A stretch of DNA of 63,149 bases, filler included, from Octopus bimaculoides (taxonomy: Eukaryota), in NCBI RefSeq assembly GCF_001194135.2. It is 4 parts of 3 records of this genome, joined end to end, with 100 filler letters (N's around TTAATTAATTAA, not from the genome) between each part and the next. Parts side by side here need not be neighbours in the genome. Positions count along the whole stretch, not along the records: positions 1 to 30,899 come from NC_068981.1; 3 more parts are not named here. One strand, 5' to 3'. The translations under genes and the position numbers were made by a program. The notes under the pieces were generated by a model. That model saw only the letters and a program-made list of their open reading frames with translations, had not been told where the DNA came from and did not search any database. This document shows positions 1-10,399 of the stretch, piece by piece. Positions within the stretch are counted from its first letter, which is position 1, and every line of letters starts with the position of its first letter.

Positions 1-275
1 TTCTGAAAAGAAAACTAATGAAAGTTTGCTGGTCTTTGTAGGGAGGTTGATGGTCTCACTAATGTATAATTTATATACAGATTTAGTATTCAATGTTTAC
101 TCTACAGGATGTGTAGAGTTTGTGTTTCAGTGCTGATGAATAAATTAATTTTATCAAATTCTTCTTTGTAGGATGGTCTTGATGATTTGTTCATGAAGAG
201 TCATTCTACATAATTAACATTACTTGTTTTATGTAAAGTTACATCAAAAATTATGTTGAGAAAAGTGCTACTCAC

Positions 276-392
276 TGTTAAACCAACATTCTCAAGACAC
301 AGCTGAATGAAGACTAATTTATTCTTTTTATTGGTTGGCTGTGTTTGAATTTTCTTTTTGCTCTGTAAAGAATTCAAAGTTTTGATGGTTTC
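276..392 (-). CDS. Candidate internal coding exon of an unidentified minus-strand host gene (ETIKTLNSLQSKKKIQTQPTNKKNKLVFIQLCLENVGLT)
   Basis: Reverse complement shows acceptor gaatttttcag| and donor |gtgagt. Length 117 nt, and only frame 0 is open. No domain recognised. Confidence 0.4.
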
Positions 393-1267
393 CTGAAAAA
401 TTCAAGTTGCAAATAAATTATTTATAAAATGTGAAGTCTATAATGATTATATAAGTAAGATACAAGACACAGAAAGGTTAAAGCATTTTTGAATCCTACT
501 CTTTACCATTTTTTTTTAACACCACTACCTATATATAATTATATATAAATTTAAATATATAAAACATATACTAACTGTATTATATACATTTAGAACTCCC
601 ATTACAAGGAAAATTGAAATAGAGCATCAAATATTCCTTAAACAGGTAATTCATTTTATTCTATACACAAAAAAATACCATTAAAAAAATATAGTTTCAA
701 TTCATAGTCTACATTTTTTAAGCTAAAAGTTTAAGAGCTTTTCTCCTTCTTTTTAAGTTTTGTAAAAGTCTGCAAATTAATGACCTTATCAATTGTCATG
801 CTCTTCATGCAGTTTTCAAACATAAAATATGTCAACTCTCTTAAATAAACGCTTTCCCATATATACACACACACACACACACTCNNNNNNNNNNNNNNNN
901 NNNNNNNNNNNNNNNNNNNNNNNNNNNNNNNNNNNNNNNNNNNNNNNNNNNNNNNNNNNNNNNNNNNNNNNNNNNNNNNNNNNNTCTGCAGAGTGGACTC
1001 AGTGCTTTTTACATGGTACTAGCACAGGTGAAGTCAGTTTTGACAAGATTTTTACAGTGTGGACTGGATGCGTTTAATGTGACACCAGCACTGGCAGGGT
1101 AACCAAGTATCTCACAAGACAAGGAATTATGAGAGGGGCAGGGCATTTGTGACAGAGGATGAAAGTTAGTGTGTGACAAAGAGAAAAAGAAACAGAAGTA
1201 GGTGTCTTGCCACAACAGAGGGAGCATTAAAGGAGGTGATCCAGTATCAAATGATGAAAAGTTAGAG

Positions 1268-3565
1268 CAGTGTTTCCCAAACTTTTTGCACCAAATTGCA
1301 ATATTGCTTACCTATCGGCCAAAAAATGCTCCATCACCCACCTGTTTAAAAAAAACCTTAACACAACCCCACCCAACACAAAATCCCCTAGGACCACCGC
1401 CCTTGTATCATTTGACACACACACACACTATATCGTAAACTCATTTCCCTGTTAATACAATTTGGACCAAATATGCGGTTGTTTACAAATCCCTTATTGT
1501 GGGTTTAGTTTTGCCATTAGTGTGAATAAAATTCTAAATTTAACTCTATATTATGCAGAATGATTAACTTCTGGAAGCTTGCTCTTTCTTTTAAACTCAT
1601 TTTCATTTTCCCCAAATGAACCATTGATCAGAACTACCAATGCAAAAAAAAAAATAATGACTGTATTATAAAGGAAAAGAATACAACTTTTTAATGAGAA
1701 CCATGTGCCTGGTGTGATGCAGCTATTGCAGATACATTCAGTTTCAAACTTGTCAACTTTAGCTGCAAGTCTTCTCCTTGTATCACATCCAGTCCAATTC
1801 TTTTATGGGAAAATAAAGTTCCAACATGGTTAAAACTGGATTCAACCAGGTATGAGGTAGGGAAGGTAAGCAAAAGTAATTTCAGATGTTTCCACAGATT
1901 GCAGTAGGAATTCAATATACTCTGATGGTACCACAAACTTTCTTTGCTATTTTGGCGATATCGCATTGTGGCATCATTATCATTTTGTAATTCTATCAGT
2001 CCCACCTGAACATCATCCTTGCAATCAACTGCATCAACCTCAAATGGATTGCTATACCGATTTGGAATATCCAGCGCAATAACATCTTAAAATCGCTCCA
2101 CCATGTTATTGTGCAATGATTGTAAATAGTTGTGATATGTAGTTAAAACCTCATCAACTAATTCATCTTTCAAAGAATCAAGTTGTGGAAATTGATGGAA
2201 TTGACGTTTTGAAATGTTAGTCTTAAACAACACCAATTTTGAAATGGAGGTAGTCATAAATGATTTACAATCAACGAGAGTTTTTCTTTTTCCTTGTAAT
2301 AACTTACTCAAATAATTTAATTTTGTGAATATATCACAAAGAAAAAAGAAATTGCACCTTGCAGCCATCAATGAAGTGGATAGTGAAGTATCTTCAAAGA
2401 AAAAGATATTATATGAAACAGTTCAACAAAGCGTAAAACACAGTTTCCTTTTGACAGCCACTGCACTTCGGTATGGTATAAGAGTTTAGTATGGTCCTCA
2501 TCATTTCTCAGACAGAGTTGATGGCAAATTCGATCAGACAAGGGACTGGACTTCAATCTGTTCACAGTCTTGATAACTAACTGTAGCACATCATTCAATT
2601 TACTGTTCATATTTTTTGCCACTAAATGCTGCCGGTGAGCCAAGCAATGAACAGTTAGTATCTGGTGTGAAATTTCATGCTTTAGGAGAGATGAAAAACC
2701 TCTGTATCTTCCTATCATTGAAGGGGCTCCGTCAGATGCACAGGCAAGAATATTACTAAGTGGGATTTTATGTTCAAAAAGGAAAGACTTGAGAGTGTGC
2801 ATAATAGTTGCACCTTTTGAATCAAGTGGCAATTTCTCTGTGAACAGTATTTCCTCACAAGGTTGAAGGTCTTCAATGAAATACCGAACATATACCATCA
2901 TCAAACATTGATTATCCACAACAGTTGACTCATTCAATTGTCTGGAAAATTCAGAATGCTAGAGAATATTAATGAGCTGATGTTTGACATTGTTGGCCAT
3001 TTCATCGATGCATCAAGAAATTGTGTTATTACTCAGTGGAATCTTCTTCATAATGTTATCGGGATTTTCGAGCATGATGTTTGACAAAACTTCTTCAATA
3101 ACCAGGCGAAGTAATGTTTCTCCAATTGTGTGAGACTTTGCAGACTTAGCAACAAGCAATGCAATGTTGTATGATGCAATCAAATTATCATTCTCCTGTT
3201 TACTAGTTTCCTGGAGTAGCATGTTGAATGTTTGTATTTGCTTTTTGAAAGAGGAGCTCAGTTGCAAAAAGTATGATAACGGTTTGTTCTTCTTGTCAGA
3301 ATGCTTTGCATCAAAGTGATACTTCAAGCATGAAGCTTTCATTGCTTTGTCGGTCAATGTTTGATGGCAAAGAAGGTACATTGGTAACTGACAGTTCTGA
3401 GGAGAAGGAATAAATCCAAATGATAAATAATCACTACTGTACTGTCGACAAATTTTCTTGACTGGAGGCATCTGTAAAGTGAAATGTGAAAACGAATTTC
3501 TGCAGATGATGTCAGAAAGGCAGTATGGTATTCCCAAAGAGAAGAAGAAGAAGTCAACAGAGCAG
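1268..3565 (-). mobile_element. Degenerate hAT (Buster/Charlie-type) DNA transposon; frameshifted transposase at about 3471-1691
   Basis: ORF pieces carry BED-finger N-terminus (QYSSDYLSFGF...LKYHFDAKH), LNEST (D1), CASDGAPSMIG (D2), HCLAH, HTEVQWLSKG and FPTSYLVESSF (E). TIR cagtgtttcccaaacttttt at 1268 is preceded by 8-mer agttagag with central TA. The other end is lost in or near gap 3566-3976. Confidence 0.93.
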
Positions 3566-5188
3566 NNNNNNNNNNNNNNNNNNNNNNNNNNNNNNNNNNN
3601 NNNNNNNNNNNNNNNNNNNNNNNNNNNNNNNNNNNNNNNNNNNNNNNNNNNNNNNNNNNNNNNNNNNNNNNNNNNNNNNNNNNNNNNNNNNNNNNNNNNN
3701 NNNNNNNNNNNNNNNNNNNNNNNNNNNNNNNNNNNNNNNNNNNNNNNNNNNNNNNNNNNNNNNNNNNNNNNNNNNNNNNNNNNNNNNNNNNNNNNNNNNN
3801 NNNNNNNNNNNNNNNNNNNNNNNNNNNNNNNNNNNNNNNNNNNNNNNNNNNNNNNNNNNNNNNNNNNNNNNNNNNNNNNNNNNNNNNNNNNNNNNNNNNN
3901 NNNNNNNNNNNNNNNNNNNNNNNNNNNNNNNNNNNNNNNNNNNNNNNNNNNNNNNNNNNNNNNNNNNNNNNNNNNNTATGTGTTATATATGTAGTTATTA
4001 AATAGGCTTGTTATCGCTTTCTTTCATCTAATAAATAAAAGACCTCCAAAAACTAAAAAAAAAATAAAGAACTAAGAAATGAACCTTTTTGACAATTGGA
4101 AAAAAAATTATATACATATGTGACCTCATAGTTTATTGCCAACCGGGGAAAAGGCAGGGCTAGGTTTACACAGTTCAACATTATTGACTTTTATCCATCA
4201 ATTTCAAAAGAGTTGTTGATCAAGGCACTTTCCTTTGCTAAGGGCTTCACAGATATTAGTGATAGTGATATTAGCATTATCATACATGCCAGGAAGATGG
4301 TGCTATTCAGCAAAGATTCGACAGGGGTCATGCAATCTGACCCCAAGGGTTCCTTTGATGTGACTATGGGAGCATATGACAGTGAACATGTCTGCGATAT
4401 TATTGGACTGTACATCCTGGACATCTTAGGGAAGAGGTTTCCTTCGGTCCTCTTTGACACCCTAACCATCTCTAGAGGAGCCAATAGGCACATACTAAAT
4501 AGACTTAGAAAGGACCTATTTAACACCCTATGCTGAATGGGACTCAAGATCACCATTGAGACTAATCTCACCACAGTAGATTTCTTGGACGTTACTTTAG
4601 ATCTGGGCTCTGGTATATACAGGCCCTATCACAAGCCAAACAAGAAGCTGTCCTATATTAGCACAGCCTCCTGCTACCCCAGTATAGTTTTCAAGAACCT
4701 AGTGAAGGGTATAAGCAAGAGGATCTCGAATCTATTCTCTAGCCAAGGTATCTTTGACACCGCTGCCCATCAAGTGGGTTTAAGGACCAGATCTACATTC
4801 AGGCCCTAGCACCCAGAAAAGGAAGCACCACAGAAACATTATTTGGTTTGTTCCACCCTTCTCGCTCAACGTCAAGACTTGTATAAGAAGGATTTTCCTT
4901 AGATTAATAGACAAACACTTCACACGCACACAGAGATACAAGCAATTATTAAACAAGCACAACCTAAGAATCTCTTTTAGTTGTGCACCGAACATGAAAA
5001 GCATTTTAACAAACATCCACAAACAGGCAGGTTGCTCTGGCAAGGTATATAATAACTGTCCAGTAGAAGGCTGATGCAAGGCTGAAGAAGTCATCTAAGA
5101 ACCTGTGGTGACACCTATACCTGCTGTCTGCATTACCAGCAATGTGTCATCCAACAGCAATATTAGCAGATTAACCAGGTCTCACATG

Positions 5189-5493
5189 AGTACAATTGCC
5201 ACAGCCAGAGATGATGACCAGTCTGGGACCAGTGACACAGAGGAGGTAACCGACAACCCCAGTACTACCGCCACAGATGATGAACAAACCATTATCATCG
5301 ACACCGATAGAGTGATCACCCCTGCACCATATGTTACCACCAGTACAATTGCCACACCTAGAGATGATGACCAATCCAGGACCAGTGACATAGAGGAGAT
5401 ATCTGGTGTTCCCAGTAACATCACCACAGATGATGACCAAGCAATTATCATTGACCCAGATGGGATGACCAGTCCTGCACCATGTTACCACCA
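5189..5493 (+). repeat. Two tandem 153-bp (51-codon) diverged repeats inside the Naiad endonuclease
   Basis: agtacaattgccaca starts at 5189 and 5342. Peptides STIATARDDDQSGTSDTEEV... and STIATPRDDDQSRTSDIEEI... Confidence 0.92.
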
Positions 5494-6158
5494 GCCACAC
5501 CCACACTATTGCTGGCAGCTACATTGCCAACCATATGACTAGAAATGTTAATCACAGCGATATCACCCCCAGATCATCGTGCCATATCGACAGTGTCAGC
5601 AACAGTGTTACCAACAGCATCCCCAGGCTTGGAGCCTACCAGAGATATACCAGGAGTGTGAATATAGCTGCATCCCAAGTTTGTAAATATATCAAATCGG
5701 CTAGTACATCTTTCAAATGTTACTTCCACAACCACCAGTCATCCTTCAGAGTCCCAGAAAGACAGTTTGTCGCGTCCCTGACCCGCTACATGTGGCATCT
5801 CAAAGATCAAGGGACCCTATGTGATATTAGTTGGAAAATAATAGATCATCCAGGCTCATATATTAATGTGCGTAGCTGTTACAAAGTCTGCGTCGTGGAG
5901 AGAACCAAAATTATTAAGGATTATACTAAACCTGACGTGTTTAATAGTCGTAAAGAAGGTTTCTCTAAATGTGTCCACTTCAAGCGCTACCTACTGGAAA
6001 ATTGGATCTCGCTGTTTGTTGGTTAGGATTATTTTATCCTATGGTCCAGGGGGGATAACCCGTCATCATTAACGTTTTTGTATGTTAGGCCTTAAATCTT
6101 GATATTTGACCGTTTCCTCATGTCTGCATGGTAAAAAGTTTGAATTTTTTTGCCTTTG

Positions 6159-6226
6159 TATGGAGTCTGACAAACTGTCCACGAAGCTTTGGCTTTCGTT
6201 GATACAAAACTTTTGGTAACTCTATG
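6159..6226 (+). ncRNA. Degenerate type I hammerhead ribozyme at the Naiad 3' end
   Basis: Helix I tatggagt/actctatg; core ctgacaa(a) versus CUGANGA; long stem II (acgaagc tttg gctttcgt); caaaac versus cGAAAc; stem III and GUA cleavage triplet at 6216-6218. Both core changes are CpG-type G>A. Confidence 0.6.
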
Positions 6227-6261
6227 ACCAGAATTTAAATTTTTGGTATATATATATATAT

Positions 6262-6464
6262 ATGGGAGAATATACAAATAATAACAACAGACGAGGACAG
6301 GTGGTGTAAATAACAAAAGTATATATTAGTATGACGCTCGGGAATACGGAAAGTCTTTGACGTTTCGAGCTACGCTCTTCAACAGAAAGAATACGGAGAC
6401 AAGGAGAAAAACACGGAGAAAAAAAATTGAATAGTGTTCAGTCAACGGTCAATCATAATCATAT

Positions 6465-6465
<1 letters not shown>
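6262..6465 (-). mobile_element. ~200-bp PLE-terminal/retrozyme-like element bounded by (TA)n and carrying a minimal HHR
   Basis: Similar sequence recurs on + at about 60495-60675. Both copies end in attctcc(c)atatata. Confidence 0.6.
6354..6390 (-). ncRNA. Minimal type I hammerhead-like motif with variant core (CUGUUGA)
   Basis: Minus strand reads tcttt CTGTTGA a gagc gta gctc GAAA c g TC aaaga: helix I tcttt/aaaga, stem II gagc/gctc, palindromic AC/GT stem III, GUC triplet. Confidence 0.65.
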
Positions 6466-6501
<36 letters not shown>

Positions 6502-6531
6502 TACATTCATACATACTACATTCATACATAC

Positions 6532-6577
<46 letters not shown>

Positions 6578-7895
6578 TATATATACTACATTCATACATA
6601 TATAAAAATCCATCATCATCATCATACCAACCCATCTTTTTAACATAAGACTATGTTCTCTGTTGCATAATTACATTATTTAACTTTCATGCTTACAGCT
6701 TTGGAAGTTTTTCTGCAACTTTGCGACAGATTCTGTGACAAGAAGTCATTAAGATATGAAAGTTCCTATGGACAATCAATCCAAAACTCATGCATCATAC
6801 ACTCAAGAACTATAATGATGAAAGGAAGGCTAAGTACCTCATGGATACATAGTTATACTCTCTTCAAACCCAGACATTGTTATTGCATCTTCACACATGA
6901 TCTTCAATTCATTCCTTTACATTGAAAAATTTCCCAAAAGTTGCCTTTTAATGAACTGAAATTCAAATATTAAAAGGTAGTTCTAGCATGACGATTTTCA
7001 GCTTACCACATTTAGCAAACCTGCTTTTAACTATATGTTCTTCATACAGAAGGCACTCTTGGGAAATTTTGAAGTGTCATTATTTCAGTTGCATGATCAG
7101 TGAATCATTTTGGCACTAAAATTATATATCCTCATCAAGTGATTCTGTGGTCTGGTAACTTTCCATTTCCAATTCTTTTCTGAGGAGATATAAGAAAACC
7201 GTAATGTGTTCAGTGTTGACATCATACCTATAAAAGATCCGATTGACTCCATCAATCTTGCCTGTTTCAATTTAATTTTCGGGCAACTGAAATTTCGAAG
7301 TTCTGTCCCTTGCTTCTTTTACATGCCACATTAATGCCTATCATCATTGCGATTATAATTTCAATTAAGATTTATTTTCGGTTTACTACATTATGCCTGC
7401 ATACTCGTTTTACACCTTGTTTCCTTAGCATTAGACCAGACTACCGATAACAAACAAGCTAGTTGCAGAAAAGAATAAAAAGATTCTTCTTGTTTGACTT
7501 TATAGAACATGTACATCTTTTAGAAAATTGTCACTTTATAAGATTTTACTGGCAAATTCATAAATTAACATAAATATTTATTTACATGAAAGAAAATTAC
7601 CAGAGAACTTTCTTCTAATTCTTCCAAATCTCTCTGCTAAAACTGTACTGAAACCATTTGTGAGGAATTTTTTTTATTACAGCAACTGGTTGCACACCAC
7701 AAAGTTCAACGGAACCTACTGAAACAAGCCAGCATGCTCACAGCATTACCACAGGCAATAGCAGGGCTAAGGCGTTAGGAAAGCCAAGTGCCCTCACGGG
7801 CATCAACTGACACCTCGGTGAGGCGAGCTGCCAACACTGACAACACTGTGCATGTGGTGGTAACTGTGTGTAATGTCATAGTGAGAGATCAGCAG

Positions 7896-7954
<59 letters not shown>

Positions 7955-8499
7955 TACAAAACATACAAGGATATCAAATATATTATATCCCTACACTTTT
8001 GGCTTGATTCACTCATTCCAAGGCCATATGCATCACATTCAATGTAAAAACAATTTGAATGTTTTCAAAAATGCTATTGCATCATCATTATCCTTTGTTT
8101 TAGATACTGGTAAATACCAGCAATTTGAATTTGCTATTTGATAGCTTGTAATGTCAAAAGGCCATGAGATGCGGGGTTAAAGTAGAAAATGTTTTACAGA
8201 TGATTCTTGATATGTGGTAATTCTTTTTTCTATTTACTAGGTAACCTAAATAAAATATTTTAGCAAAACTGATTGTACTGAACTGTGCTACTGATACCTA
8301 GATCCTTTTAGAAGACACAAAATATAGGGCTCTTGTTCTTCAAATTGTTTTTCATCACATGTGATGCATATGGGTATGGAATGAGGGAATTGAGCCAAAA
8401 GTATAGGAGTATAATAGATTTGACATCCTTTATGTTTGTGCGTGCACACACACACACACACACATAAACTTTGACATTTTGTTTGTGTATTTTCATGAA

Positions 8500-9494
8500 A
8501 TTATATATATAAGCAGTGTTAAGATTAATAGCTGTTGGTATGATTCAATACAGTAACATTTTTTGTGTTGTCTTGTTGGTCAAAAAAGTCATCAACAGAA
8601 GATATGACATCATCATTACTGCAATACTGGTTCCCAGCCAAGTGCTTTTTCATGTTGGGGAACAGATGATAATCAGATATTGCCAAATCAGGAGAATAGG
8701 AAGTTCAAAGTCACAGCTACATACACCAGCCACTGGAATCAAGAACTTGTGAGCTGGAGCAATGTTCTGATGAAATAAGACCTCTTTTGTCAGTTTTCAT
8801 TTGTAGCCTTTCATAACTGCCTCAACAAGTTGGCATTGTACCCTCCATTGATGGTGAAGCCCTTTTGAAGATAGTCAGCAAACACAATGTCTTTTGCATC
8901 TCAAGAAACTGAGGTCATCCCCTTTCCTGCAGATGAAACGACCTTGGCCTTATTTGGAGCAGGTGGGGAGGTGTGTTTCCACTACAAGGATTGTCTCTTT
9001 GTCTCTGGTTCAAAATGATGGATCCAACACTCATCCTGGGTTAGGAAACTTCAAGGAAACCAGCTGGACCTGCTTCAAACAACGTCAACTTTTCCCATGA
9101 TGTGCTCAGCCTGGTGCGCTTTTAACCAGGTGTCAGAAATGACCCACACTGAACAGAAATCATTATCATGCCATTTTCATTGTGTAGAATATTCTCAACT
9201 CTCTCACAGGGAATGCTAACAGCATTGGTTATTTGGTTTATAGTCAATCACCTGTCATTCATCACCATGAGGTGACTACGATCAATACTTGCCTCAGTGG
9301 TGGCAGTTGCAGGACATCCAGATCTTGGGCAATCTTCCTGACTCTCCCTTCTCCTCCAAAATTCAGCTGCCCACTGTTGATAAAGCCAGAGCATCATCCT
9401 CTAATGTAGCGTCTGTGTCAGCATGAATGACCTTGGTGACTAAACCCTTTTTCTGTAAGTACTTGATAACACCACAGTGCCAAATTTTGTCCAT
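8500..9494 (-). mobile_element. Decayed mariner-family (DD34D-like) transposase
   Basis: Reverse complement translates in pieces to MDKIWHCGVIKYL..., RSGCPATATT, LTQDECWIHHFEPETKRQS, LFHQNIAPAH and PYSPDLAISDYHLFPNMKKHL. Many stops; no TIRs found. Confidence 0.85.
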
Positions 9495-10399
9495 TTTCAA
9501 AAGAAATTGCTACTAGTTACTTTTGAAGTCTTTGTTAATATCAAATGTTTTATAATATGTATTATACTTGCAATTGCTATGCAATGAAATAGCTTTGTGT
9601 AAGGAGCTGATTTCATTTAACTCCATGATAACCACAGCAACAATTTCTCAACTTTCATGTCGCAAAATACAATAAATTCATTGGCTGGGTTTATGCTGAC
9701 ATCATTATCCAATATGCCAAAACTCCTGAAAATATAATAGTTTATTCAGTCTCTGCATATTCCAACAGGTGGCCTTATGACCCCTCCACTTCCAGCTTCA
9801 TCTCTGAATTAGATCTGAAGTTGTCAAGAGTTTGTGGAGCCCCTATAGGCTGCCTTGTTGTGTGAAAGGATTTTTGTTGTTATCCTGAGGGGTAATTTGG
9901 CAAGTAGTATGAAATATCAGATGAAGAAAATAAAATAAAAAATACAAGACTAATATTTACAAGGAACTAAATCTCAATTCTCGAATGAGAATATTTAAAA
10001 AATTACATTTTTAAACAAAAGTGACAATTGCTTTATCTGATATTTAACTTTCATATTTTAAACATTAATGTAATAATTTCAAATTTTGGCACAAGGCCAG
10101 GTATTTGAGGAAAGGTAAAATAATTACAATGACCCAGTAATCAACTGATACTTATATTATTGACCCCGGAATCATAAAAGACAGAGTGGACCTCAGCAGA
10201 ATTTGAACTCAGAGCGTAAACATTAATGTAATGGCAACTATAATCAGAGCTATGATAAAAACAAATCAATTTCTTAGTGAAATGATAATAGGAGCTATAA
10301 CATTCATACTTTTCCCACAAGTAAGAGTATCAAGTGACAATGCTTATTGAAATCTAATGACAATGCAAGAATATTTTGGGGCAGAGTTTTGGATTAGGC

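Larger units (their letters stand above)
4150..6246 (+). mobile_element. 5'-truncated Penelope-like retroelement, Naiad-type (RT plus C-terminal GIY-YIG endonuclease), with stops and frameshifts
   Basis: FTQFNIIDFYPSIS, FDVTMGAYDSEHVCDIIGLYIL, GLKITIETN..VDFLDVTLDL, NIIWFVPPFS, Cys linker C..CPVEG*C..VI*, then YIK..FKCYFHNHQSSF...NSRKEGFSKCVH. Ends at a (TA)n tract. Confidence 0.9.

Noticed and set aside
3458-4001. Long ORFs in the track spanning N runs (also 17728-18576, 34802-35533, 52354-52983)
   Set aside because: They are open only because N codons are not stops. Only the 52796-52900 part is real coding sequence.
5072-5074. In-frame TGA in the Naiad Cys linker (CPVEG*C) as selenocysteine, since some Naiads encode selenoproteins
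   Set aside because: The TGA aligns to the variable residue between G and C, not to a Cys. CGA>TGA decay explains it, other stops and frameshifts are present, and no SECIS was recognised.
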